Below, in pieces: positions 36,401-47,916 of a stretch of 64,000 nucleotides of DNA. Made by a program: the position numbers and the translations under genes. Numbering within the stretch: the stretch's first letter is position 1; every line of letters begins with the position of its first letter. Below the pieces are notes generated by a model. That model did no database searches. It was not told the DNA's origin and worked only from the letters and a program-made list of their open reading frames with translations. The stretch lies in assembly GCF_003704095.1 (NCBI RefSeq), contig NW_020843495.1:124001-188000 (forward strand). Reading direction: 5' to 3'. The stretch is from Pocillopora damicornis (lineage: Eukaryota).

Positions 36401-38905
36401 GCATACCTGATAACATCTTCAGAAAGAACTTGTTCCTTGGATAGAGATGCTGCAAAAATCTAAACAGTAAAAATTACCCAGTAATTAAAAAACATGCACT
36501 ATCATTAGGTAAGAGGTGCTAGTTGAAGAGAGATTTAGTGATGAGAACACAGAGCTTAAGAATGGATTACAAGCTAGGCTGATAAAAATTGCTCAGTTTC
36601 AAAAAAGGTTTGAATTCAAATTATAATATACCTTTATAACTCCTTATCTGGGATGTTAGCTTATATTTATGTCCATGCTCTGATACATTCTCACTGTTAT
36701 ATTTTTTTCTTACTTCATCTTATGCTTGCAAAAACTGCCTCCTAATTCTAAAACAATGATCAGTTCCTGATATCTCTGTCTGGTTCAACACCTCAAATCG
36801 TAGGACAGGTTTAAATTTATCACAAAACATTTTTAGGGGCCACAAAGTACTGTTAAGTCTCCTTAGTACACTGCACACAATAACATAATAATGGCCTGAA
36901 ATCAAAACAATTCCCCAAACAGTGAAATCAACTTCACCAGCCAGCAGCCCCAACTTTTATCCTAGTATGCTGAACTCACATGCAGAGGATAATCCTCCGG
37001 GAAGGATACATCAAGGTATACTGCCTCAATCTTAAAAGCCTGTAAAGTAAAACACAGAAAATTGCCACTTTACAAGAACAATTTCTTTAAGCTCTTGTAA
37101 CAAATTACTAGCTTCACATCAAGTGATCATCTTATTTTAACAGGCTTCATTTTCCATGCATAATGGTTCTTTAAAATGAACCCTTTGTGGATAAAATAAT
37201 TATTGCACACAAATTTTGTTGCATGCAGCTTGTGATACTTTATGTACCTAGCTACTGATAATGTTCTAAAAACCTTTTTTTTTTCCTAGGAAGAATGAGT
37301 GAATCTGTAAATACAAAACTGACTGTTTTATTATTTTTTTCTAGTAAAGTATCTGATTTTATTAAGATATTTGATTCCTGTTGTAAAACAACAATCAGAA
37401 TTAAAGAAGACCCTATTCTAATGAACAACTAACATTAGGAAGAAAACTCAAATCATTGTTAGTATATGAGCAACTGCACACTTAGCCCTCCCTTAACCAA
37501 ACAACAGTCAACTGATAACAAGTTGTTATTAGGGTTAATGTCAGCTTAGGGAGGGGTAAGAGCCCAGTTGCTTGGATACTGACATTTATCTGAACATTCA
37601 TGTGAGCAGACACCAGCACATCATATCAGCATATAAATCCTTACACTTTGACCTCCCATGAGTGCACATCTTTCAGTAATAGTGAACAATGGTTCCCATT
37701 TTTGGCTCTCGGTAACCTGTCGGTCAACTGTCAGCCGACAGCCGACAGCCGACAGGTTACTGACACATTAGCAACACATGACTGACAGTTGGCTGACAGT
37801 GTTTAGTAGACCAAAAATTGACTTATAACAGAGTCAAAACTTTTCCAGTTGAAAACAGTAAATAGAAACCTGTCAATCGCACCATTTGTACCTATCTATT
37901 ATGGTAAAATAGGCTTGTTTAACCCATCTTTTAGTAACTGTTCTTCACTTTTACCCATCTTTTTTACACAAATTGTTTTTTTTTCTGATGCACAGTACCT
38001 CTATTTTCAAAGTGAAAGACAGGATTTATTTTACTCACCCAGTCTGGATCTGTTGGTTTAACTTTGATCTTGTAACAACTATTCTCTGTGATTTCAGAGT
38101 AATTGTCTTTGAATCGTCTTTTAAGTTGCTGTATCTCAATTGATCTCAGTCTCTTACATTCATCATGTGGTTGTTCACTAACACCCATCCCCTTGTCTTC
38201 AGCAATGAAAGCTTCATTGGGCAACAATGGGATTTGAGCTTTGACCTTATTCTTGATAACTTCATTTTGATTATCTGGCCGTGCAATATATGACTCTACT
38301 GGCTGTTCAGTGATCTGTTTGACAGCCATGAAAGGTTTAAGTGTGTCCTTTCCCAAATGAGGTTTTTTGTTACTTGACAGATTGCCTGCCTTTCTAGAGA
38401 CTTTTCCAGCTAGAGGCTTCCTATTGGTCTTGTCAATAGAAGTAGTCACATGTGCAAAGGGGCACATGTTGCCTCTTAAGCATCCCTTCTCTTTTGGAAA
38501 GAATTTACAAACAACTCTTTGTGCTGAGGACTCTTTATGCTGATCTGTAACCTTCTCTTCACCCTGATCAGTTATATCGGGTTCAGAAACCTTCTCAATT
38601 TTCTCGGATTCAGTGGATACCTTTAAATCCAAATGTAAAAAGCGGCATTTATTTCCAAACGCGCATCCTCTCTTACTCTTAAAGAACCTACAGGATTGCA
38701 AACCTGAGTTTTTCTCCTGATTGGATGGATACAGAAGCTTTGGAACATCATGAAGCTTTTTAACCTCGGTTAAATTAACTCCTGGTAAGTTTAATGGTTT
38801 TTCAGGATGTAGGAATTGGCACTCATTTCCAAACTTGCACTCTTTTTTCCTCTGGAAAAATTTACAAGTCTTTGTGATCGCTGTCGTGGTTGATGCATCC
38901 GCCAT
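30430..38905 (-). CDS. Uncharacterised multi-zinc-finger protein: 3x CCCH + RWD-like + CxxC ribbons + C-terminal CHY finger, ~844 aa
   Basis: Twelve exons: 38905-38039, 37039-36980, 36459-36407, 35838-35694, 34549-33912, 33649-33533, 33077-32996, 32532-32421, 31993-31855, 31452-31341, 30747-30641, 30532-30430 (2535 nt, in frame). CCCH example CKFFQRKKECKFGNECQFLH; FPEDYP; CHY region CKHYKKSYRWLRFPCCGKCYPCDLCH...MVCGFC; HWEGGKGCRD. From memory it resembles the S. pombe C18H10.09-like family. The exon 4-5 junction is the least certain. Confidence 0.85.
33613..33642. repeat. Perfect 9-bp tandem repeat (acatctgat x3.3) inside a coding exon
   Basis: Reads TGT ATC AGA x3 + TGT on the minus strand, encoding CIRCIRCIRC. 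Confidence 0.95.
35955..36156. mobile_element. MITE (subfamily of 13044-13221)
   Basis: Reads gtgactaacatctaac...ctgaatca...ggagaatatgcatactgatattaaggtgtaaaggattaa, matching the 13044 copy. Confidence 0.7.
37466..37575. repeat. Palindromic MITE-like element
   Basis: Imperfect inverted repeat: agcaactgcacacttagccctccct ... agggaggggtaagagcccagttgct. Confidence 0.6.
37715..37800. repeat. Short tandem/inverted (gccgaca)n / ctgaca repeats, probably transposon subterminal repeats
   Basis: Sequence tgtcggtcaactgtcagccgacagccgacagccgacag...ctgacagttggctgacag. Confidence 0.55.
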
Positions 38906-39100
38906 TTTGAACGCACCGGAAGCTGAGGCTTGGAACCTAATGATTCTTGTCGTCTAACCTCACTTCCGGTACATATTTTGTTTACAGTCGAGCGGTCTTT
39001 ATGAACTGAATGAAGAAAATTATTAGCTTCGTTGCCGTAGTACCACACCTGCCAGGAAAGAATTTTTGTTCCTAGGAAACCAAGCTTTTTCATTTTCCGT
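38906..39100. promoter_or_regulatory. Bidirectional promoter between the CCCH-CHY gene and the ZNF474-like gene
   Basis: CpG-rich. ETS-type CCGGAAG (~38916) and CACTTCCGG (38961); YY1-type AAAATGGCG over the minus-strand ATG; RFX X-box-like GTTCCTAGGAAAC at 39068-39080. Confidence 0.6.
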
Positions 39101-39969
39101 GTTCAAGCGATTGTACTGTGACGCTAGTCGAATACAAGAACGGGAAAATTTGAACGTCCTCCTTATTTTATGGTGACGCATATGTTTCCATCTCCGTCAG
39201 AACTTCTGTTCAAGTCAGGTGAGAAAATCCAGCTGCCTCCTTGTAAACCACCCGTGGCCACAGAAAGCTGCAGCTTAAATTCGTGCATTTGAAGCCTAAC
39301 AGGCTTGGGAAAAGTCCTATGAACGAGTACATTCGAAGTGCACCGAAGACAGGTATTTTTTGTGGCTCGATTGACGTAAATTTATCGCTATATTGAAGAA
39401 GCGACGAGGTTCAAGTGCCGTTTTGAATCATCATTTTCTATTAAATTAAAATTCCTTGCCTGCGAACGTTGTGTTTTGTGTTTATGATATGAGCGGACAT
39501 GCAAGGATTTTCTTTCAGCAACATTGTTTGTCTCTCGTGACTCACTATTTGTTGTAAACCCTCGTCGAGAAATATCTGATTACGAAACTAAAGGTTACTT
39601 ACAAAATTTTTAAGGGTGTGAGAAATGCTCTTTAATTCTTCTAATGTGATTATTAGATTTTCGCCGTTTTCTTTATTTACAGGCTCAATTACAAAAATTA
39701 TCAAGCATATAGACCATGCAACGAACTTGGGGAAGTGTTTATTCTGCACTCCTCTCTATATGACGATCATATTGTAATTGTTTCGAGAGACAAACACGGC
39801 GACAGGAAATTTGAGAGGCTCAATTATATTTATATGAGTGATGTCACCGAGTTCAATGTAACACTTCACGGTCTGGACTGCATATTGGTATAAGGGTAAC
39901 CTTTTTACATTTTAAAAGTTATTTTCAGGAGAAAGAAGCTATTAATTGACTGGAGAAGTCAAGTCGAGT

Positions 39970-41505
39970 ATGCCGAAGCCACAAACAGTGATGTGCTACA
40001 TTTGTGGGAAGGAATTCAGTTCACACTCCATTAATGTCCACGAACGACAGTGTGCTAAAAGATGGGAAATGACTAAACAGAAAGAAAAAGAGGAAGCCAA
40101 GCAACAGCAGATGAGAAAATCTTCACACGAGTCTCGTAGGCGACGAGTCTTACCTAACGTGCCGACTATGGACAGACAACAAAGTTTGAGTTTAGACGAC
40201 ATAAGAGGTTCCTCAACAAGGAGAGCATCGCAAACCCGACACAGTACTGTTACAATTAGGGAACAGGGGCAAAAATTACTTCAAGAGCGCTCAAAATCAT
40301 TAGCCACTACAACACCACTGTTAAAGCCCGAATCTTCTCCGAGAGATTCTTCAGATTCCTCTTCTGAGCAGGATCCTCTTGGGAAATTAGACGTTCAGTC
40401 ACACTCTTCCACAGAACAGAATTCATCAGACGACGACGACATTGACAAGAGTAGTAAGGCGATAGGCACTGTGTCTGAACTCAATGGGCAAAAGAAAGAC
40501 TTTTCACATTCAAGACCAGGGACAGTTACTCTTAATGGAAAGCATCTGACATCTAATTTACCCAGGAGGGAAGGCTCACCAGAATCATTATCATCAGACT
40601 CACAGGATGCTGACAGTGTGAAGGGCACACCTTTGTCAAAAGCAAGATTCTTTTCCTCAAGTAACCCCAATTTAATGGTTTGTTACATCTGTGGACGTGA
40701 ATATGGATCTAAGTCCTTGAAAATTCACGAGCCTCAGTGTCTGAAGAAATGGCGTTTAGCCAATCCGAAGCGTTCTCGCAGCCCTTGTGGTCGTCAAAAT
40801 GGGCTCAGTAAGGCAAATTCAGTTTCTTCTCTTACAAGTCATGACATTACTATCCTTGATGATCAACAAGTTACTTCCTTAATGTCAATACCACAGCAGA
40901 AACTGGAGAAACAACGTTCTGCTTCTTGTGAGAATCTCATTGCCACTACCAGTAGGAGACCATCCAGAGGCAACATTCAAGTATCAAAGATGGTTCTTTG
41001 CTACATTTGTGGTAAACAATTTACTTCCCACTCCTTACCAATCCATGAAAAACAATGTTTGAAGAAATGGGAGGCACAGAAGAAGGTAGAAGCCACTGAA
41101 AAGTTGAAGAAAGAGTTACAGTCTAAGAAAAGGAACTCTATTCACTTGCCTGTTACAATAAAAATTGATCATGCTGAAGAAAATAACAATAAAAAGACTC
41201 CATTGCCCAAAAGGAGTGGAAGTTATGGGGATCTCTTATCCCCAGAGCATGCTACACTAGATTCTGATTCTGACACAGGTGATCAGGCACAAGATCAGGA
41301 AAGCTTTAAACCAAGTAAACCAGCTCTGGTTGTATGTTATCTTTGTGGCCGTGAATATGGTTCAGCTTCAATTTCTATCCATGAGAAACAATGTTTAAAA
41401 AAGTGGCAGATAAGCGAAGCAAGAAAAACACACGAGAAGTCAAAGTCAGCTAAAGAGAAAAAAACAACAGGCATAAAGCAAAAACCAAAATCATTTGTAT
41501 TTTAA
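39970..41505 (+). CDS. ZNF474-like protein with four C2HC/C3H zinc fingers, ~511 aa, single coding exon
   Basis: Four repeats of CY[IL]CG[KR]x[FY]xSxSxx[IV]HExQCxK[KR]W separated by Ser-rich linkers. An in-frame TAA at 39943 makes ATG 39970 the start. An acceptor at ~39928 implies a 5' UTR intron (candidate donor ~39353). Confidence 0.9.
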   Translation: MPKPQTVMCYICGKEFSSHSINVHERQCAKRWEMTKQKEKEEAKQQQMRKSSHESRRRRVLPNVPTMDRQQSLSLDDIRGSSTRRASQTRHSTVTIREQGQKLLQERSKSLATTTPLLKPESSPRDSSDSSSEQDPLGKLDVQSHSSTEQNSSDDDDIDKSSKAIGTVSELNGQKKDFSHSRPGTVTLNGKHLTSNLPRREGSPESLSSDSQDADSVKGTPLSKARFFSSSNPNLMVCYICGREYGSKSLKIHEPQCLKKWRLANPKRSRSPCGRQNGLSKANSVSSLTSHDITILDDQQVTSLMSIPQQKLEKQRSASCENLIATTSRRPSRGNIQVSKMVLCYICGKQFTSHSLPIHEKQCLKKWEAQKKVEATEKLKKELQSKKRNSIHLPVTIKIDHAEENNNKKTPLPKRSGSYGDLLSPEHATLDSDSDTGDQAQDQESFKPSKPALVVCYLCGREYGSASISIHEKQCLKKWQISEARKTHEKSKSAKEKKTTGIKQKPKSFVF

Positions 41506-42925
41506 AGTCAAGATTAACAGTCAAATTTTAAATTATACACATATAAAGAGAAGCCCAGTCACCTAGAGTGCAAACTGATGGACATGCTCAATTCAGGGAT
41601 TATTGACACCCTTTTATTTTAATCCTATCACAATCTATGGGAATAATGTAGGACCCCAACAGCATGCCTCTCAAACTATGAAGTCACTTTGAAGTTAAAT
41701 GGGCCTTTATGGCTGGGACATGAATCTTTCCAATGTTGTTGGTTAGGGCCCAATTGTTGAAAGAGCAGTGAAGCAATCCAACAGTTAAATTTTTATCCAG
41801 TGGATTGCCTTTGCCATAACCAAATTAAATTTAGGTTTTTTTTATTTTTCAATCTGTTATTTTCAATGCTCTTTATTTAAGCATGACAAGGAGTTTTTTG
41901 GGTTTATTGAAGCACACAGTAAAAATTTGCTGAAAACATAAAATTTCCTCTATCTGGCATTTTGGCCCACATCATACAGGATTTTGTTCTTGGTAAATTG
42001 ATGTTATTATCAACTTCATTTCACATTAAATCACATTTTCAAGTTTATTGTAAAGCTTTCCAAAATATTTGTTTCAGCTAGATGATGTGTAGGAAGCTGG
42101 TAGGAAGTAAACTAAAATGCTTACTTTAAAGAAGCGTAAAATTGCTAAAATAATGTATAACATGACACAAAGTTCAATTTAACAAGAACAGAACTGTTGA
42201 ACAGTTTTGTCTCTATGAATGTTTATTTTGTAAGCCAAAGCAACTGAACTAGATTTGAACATAGGGAACTTGACTTTTTCTGCATAAAATGTCTGGGATA
42301 AGGATCACTTCAAATTATTACTATTGCTTACATTATCTTTAAAATCTGAATACTTTTTTTCTTTTTACAGTTTCCTAATTAAAGTTTACTACTTCACCTG
42401 AAGACATTTCAACAAAGTGTTGTAACATGCATAAGATCAAAAATGTTATTTCAATTGTTGATGTCATGTTGTTGTAACAGGCATCATTTCATTCCAAAAC
42501 AAAGCTATTTTTAGTCCATTGAAGATGTACCACTTTGTCTAATTTGTGTGTAATAATAAATATTTATTCTGAAAGAATCCATTAAACTTATGAAATATAT
42601 AGTCTTGCACTTTGCCTGTGTTTCAAGCATAACTTCAAACCATAAATGAGTTCAACTATATCAACTGGTTTCTTGCTTCATGCCAATTTGAAATGATGCT
42701 TTTGTGCCTTCAGGCACCATCTTGCAAAGGTTGCTTTCTTAGCATCAACACTGAGCCAAATTGTTCTTGGCAAGCTCCAGGGAACATTGGACAGCACAAG
42801 CCAGACAATAACTATAAAGCCATATGCACAGTTGCTTTTGTTCCAACAAATCCTTGTCCTTTGCCTTTTCATTTGTGTGTTGAATGGACCAGAGTAGTCT
42901 TACATTTGATAACAATGAAGAGTGA

Positions 42926-45900
42926 TCATAAATGAAGTGTGTCTATGCTGACGGATAGTTGTTTCTCTAACATTTCCTAAGAATGTCAAAACATGACCAT
43001 CAGAGCAATAAAAATTCATTGTGCCAAACTAAAGGCCTTTTACATGAGAACAATAATATTATCACAATCGCTAAGAAGACTGTGTCAGGTAACACACCTT
43101 GGATCAAGCAATGAGCCAAAATCAAGTCTTGCTAGTAAAATTCTCATGAGAATAATATAAAAATTTTAAAATCACATCATGTAACCTCAAGAAAAAAAAT
43201 CTGTTTGATTTTTAAGATCTTTCTAAACAAATTTCAATGTTTTGTGCTAGACCAACTTATCCTGGCTAGTGACCAAAACCATGAAACATGGACTGCTTGT
43301 TTCATGAGAAGAGAAAAATAATAGAAAACATGGTATGAATGACTGGAGCTTCAATAATTTGAATATAGTGATGTAGAGACATGTTTGAAACAGACTTCAA
43401 TGTACAACTGTGTACTACTCAATGTTTAATTGGGGAAAACATACCAATTGCATTTTTGCTTCTTCAACTTTCACCTTAGCTTGAGAAATATCCTTGAAAA
43501 AATAATGACACAGAAAAATTGGTTTCCTAAAATTACAAGTCAACCATTTACATGAACTAATACATAATAGTGAAAGATAACTTGGTAGTCATTAAAATAT
43601 AGAATATATTGCATGGTTGTGCAGGATGGCTTAAATCAATTGTACAGTTTTGCTCTGAGGTATTTTTTGTGTTTCCAGCACGATAAGGTAGAATTTGTCT
43701 CTTACACTAGCCATTTTATCTTCTGTTTATTATTAAAATCTTCAAATCAAAGAATGATGTACAGTGCAGTTTGAAATAACAATTCAAAAGTACCAAAGTC
43801 TCATCGAGAAGCCAAAGGTAATTCATGAAAGTTTGCTTTATAGGGTTGAACAAGACTCCACTTACAGGTGGAAGGCTATGGTAACCCTCTAACTTCCTCT
43901 TCATTGGTTTCATCTTTTCTTCAATTAGTCTCACTTCCTGAAAATTGAAAGAATGATGTTGCAAGTTACATGACAGTCTTTATTGGGTCATCATCATGAT
44001 AGGTTTTCAGAGTTATTTTTGAGTCATGTTATCCATAATGTTTCTTTTTTTTTTACAAAGGATTTATCACCAAATTTAACTTATTTGACCAGTGTTTTAA
44101 ATTTAAAAAAAATTGATATAATTATTACAAAAGGAGTAAGGATGTTTACAGTTGTATTAGTGTTGCATATTAAGTACGTCAAAATTTAGGGAAACCAAAA
44201 TAGTTTCCCCCTTCTATTTGTTACCTTTGCTGAATAGTTTCATTCAGATGGCAAGTGGGTTTTATTAACACATTCTATATTTACCATTAAATTTTTCACT
44301 AAGGTTACTATACTCATTATTATCAGTATCAAAAAAAATATATAGGTATGAAAATTTGGACTGACTGATATTCCACCTTTTAACAGAACCTTTCACAATA
44401 AATTTCCAAAGTGATCAGTATAAAGGAGTGACCTCTGATCAGGTAGAGTACACAAGTACAGTGAATAGGATGGCTTAAGTTGATACCTCTGCCTTCTTAA
44501 CAAGGGAATTGTGGTAGATTGAGGAATCTAACTGTGCTTTGCTTTGATATCCCTACAAAATATAAAAAAAAAAAAAGATTTAATACATTGTGTATAAATT
44601 GAATTATACCTAGCAGGCTTAAATAATCAAACAACAACATAACTGGTTTGTATGCTCTGTTGCATCTGATACTTTTTTGCATTTGAAGGGGCCACCTGTA
44701 TGCCAAGATATTCAAACAAGGCTTAACTGTACAACCTGAAGTCTCATCACAATCTTATTAAAAAATTTCCAATTCCCAAGAAAAACAAATTGTTTTAAAG
44801 AAAGAAGGAGTTGTAATTCTAATTTTTACATGCAAATAACTGTGGTAATAATATAAGTGAAACATCTTTAATACAGACATTCTTATTTACTTATCTCTCC
44901 ATTTTGAGAAATCTGCAGCTTTGGATCATTTGATGGAAAGCTCTTTTTATGAAAGGTTATTTTAACCAGTTAGGTGGTTGGTGGATTCATTGAAGTGCAG
45001 TCAGCATAACCAGGAATATAATATCATGTCCAATTACAACTAAAGAATCTCTGGGCAAGAAATAACCTAGTTCATCGACCAGTAACATTTAGGTATGCTG
45101 TGAACCAAAAATTATGAAATCATTACACAGTACTGTGTTGTTAAAGTTAAATGCATCACTCACCAATAGAACAATTTGAGAATAATTGGAAATGGTAAAT
45201 GATTCTATTTTAATTCAGTTGTGCCAATCCCTGCTTAAGGACGATGCAAGCAAAGATGACAAAGACACTTATAATGGAATCATGGCTCATTTTCAATAAT
45301 CAGACTGGTCAGTTTTGAGCAAGGTGATCCTGGTGACAAACATCTTATTATTCAATTAATAAATTGATGTTTTTATTATTATTGAGAATTACAGAAATAT
45401 ATAGATCTGAGCTTTACTTGTACCTCAAGTTCCCTGTTGCTTTTCTCATATTCTTTACACTTGAGTTTAACAAAGTCAGTTTCTTGTGCATTTTTCTTCA
45501 GCTGAGGAGTCTGTAATGCTATTTGATCCTGGAGACCATCAAGAGACCTGGAACAATGTAACTCTTGAAGTAAACTATATCTTTGCTTGATTACAGACTT
45601 TACCCTAACAGTCCCTCTTTTTTCCAATATGGGAGATAAGGTGGCAAAGCTCTGGCTGGGTCATTGCACCATATTTTTTAGTTTGACATTTTACCTTCAC
45701 AACACCTATCTCCACCCTGGAGGGTAGCTCCTAGGACTGGTATCCCATGTACATGGACTACCAATACTTTTGGTTATGTCATGCAAAGAAAACATGATAA
45801 GCTCCAACAGTGAAAGGCCAGCAAGCTATTAAGACTTGCAGTATTTCCAGAATTAATTATAACCATGCTGTTTGGTTGTTGTTGTTGTTGGTGGTGTTAT

Positions 45901-47721
45901 ATGGATATTACAATTACGTAAATTATGGAGCAAAAAGATGAGATGAAGAAAGGAAACCATAAATTTGGAGATGCTGATTGATTTGACACCAAATTCTCAA
46001 AGCCAAAAATATAATTAAGCAGTGAATGGAGTACAGTGCAGTGAATTGACATTTTGATCTTTGGAGTACAAGGGTTACATAATAATTGGTGGAATTAAAG
46101 GGTTATGTAATAATTGGTGCATAATATGGTAATCTGAGTTTATCAGTTGATACCTCTGTAGATCAGAAGCATCAGCTTGTGCTTTCTTTGTCTTCACCAC
46201 TAATCTGGACAGAAGTCGTTTCTCCTCTGTGTTAGCATCCACTGCAGCAGACAGGGCCTGGTTTTGTTCAGCAATGCCCAACAGAAGACTAACAATGAAT
46301 GAAAAACCACTGTGAAAATTATTAGAGAGAGATTTTTCTCTCTGCAGACAGATGATGTCCAGTGATATTTATTGCTTTTTACAAGTAAGCATGAAAATTG
46401 CATACTTGACCCCAGATGATCATCTAGAAGGACTTAGCTTGTGAACAGGCCCTCATTATTACTAGTACCACAAGATACCCATTTCTCTGCCTGCAGGTAT
46501 ATTTGAGACAAGTCCAGGAGAGGTTTGCTTGGGGTCTGGTACCAACAGCTTGCACTACAGCCACTCAAACATCAGAAATCCCATTTTTTTCTCTGACTTT
46601 ATAAAACAGTTCATAAATTAACTAATGAATAACCTATTTTGAAATACCATTCTGATTTTGTTTTCTTTTTTTGCATGCAAGCCATGGGCAATATACGCTT
46701 TCTTTTAGGGACAACTAGGATGAGAAACCACCATCCCCTCACTTCTCTTCAGTCCACTTCAGAAAGTGCAATGGATTTGTCTCAGCCCCAAAATAACAAT
46801 AAGGATACCACTCCTTCAATATTTTTTAGGGAAAACAACTGTCTTAACTGTTTTGCATTCAATGATTCACCAAATCTGCTTACCTTGAAGTGGAGCAGTC
46901 TTTGGTCCCAAGCAACAAGGCCATAGATGCTAGGGTTTTTAAACTCATGCGTCCTGACTGTGACATGCAGGATACTGGTAAACCCACTTGTTCTGTTATC
47001 CTGCTGAGTCTTTCAACTGATTACAGACAAAACAAATTATCCATCCTTATGCGTTTCAGTGGTCCTGAATTAATCATTTTCACGATAACATGGAAAATTA
47101 AAGCATAGAAATTCGTAAAAGCACTGTTTTGAAAGTTCTTGAACTTTCAAAAGTCATCTTTCTGAACCAATCACCAAAATTACGTAGACCCACATGAGAC
47201 TCGAATGTTTAAGCTTTTATATCTAGAAATACCTGGACATACAGACCTACCTTTATAGTTACAAGTAAAAAATAGAGGTAAACCGAAAGAATAGGAAGAC
47301 TTTATCATAATGTGTATGCAAAAAAATGTGTCCAATAAAGATTAAGCGTATAGCACCTTCAGCAGAATATTCCACCGTCTTCTGAGTACGGTCCTTTGTG
47401 ACAAGTTCAGCATGCTTATTCTGTTTCAGATTTCTTTTCGCAAGTCGTTCCAGTACATTCAAAGTGAAGCTGTTTATCTCAAACTGGGGAATATGATCTT
47501 GGCCAAAGACTTGCTGCAGCCATGTAAAAACCTAGAAAAGTAGTTCGTTTCAATCTTTGTAGATATATCCTTCGAAGTGGAACGATATGACCAGAACATA
47601 GAGCAATCTCACATGCCCATCATTCCAGTAACCCACTCCCGATTTCCTTTCATAAGAGCACCCAAGAAAATCTAACCTGGTTATGTTTTCCTCTGCCGTC
47701 AGTCGTTTGAAATTCCTCCAT
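42926..47721 (-). CDS. HAUS1: HAUS augmin-like complex subunit 1, ~282 aa
   Basis: Nine exons: 47721-47677, 47531-47357, 47016-46884, 46288-46154, 45547-45424, 44552-44487, 43937-43866, 43492-43445, 42976-42926 (849 nt). VFTWLQQVFGQDHIPQFEIN and KLEGYHSLPPDISQAKVKVEEAK match conserved HAUS1 blocks. Confidence 0.93.
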
Positions 47722-47916
47722 TATTTATTCCGACAAGTGTTCTTGAAAATGGCGCGGGTTACTAGTAGTAGATCACCGTCCCTCGCGGTTTTTCTCCTCT
47801 GTTGACATTATTAGCACGGTAGACTGGGGCTGAGTCACAAGGAAAACTTCCACGACGGCAGCCATGTTAGATTAGCTTGGTCGAAGATTTGATTCATTGT
47901 TTTTAGAGCTTTGAAT
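47722..47916. promoter_or_regulatory. Compact bidirectional promoter HAUS1/AP3B
   Basis: Divergent ATGs only 195 bp apart; CpG-rich; YY1-type AAAATGGCG at ~47746. Confidence 0.7.

Noticed and set aside
37715-37800. CRISPR-like or regularly spaced repeat array
   Set aside because: Eukaryotic context, 7-bp units and no unique spacers; no CRISPR array was seen anywhere in the window.
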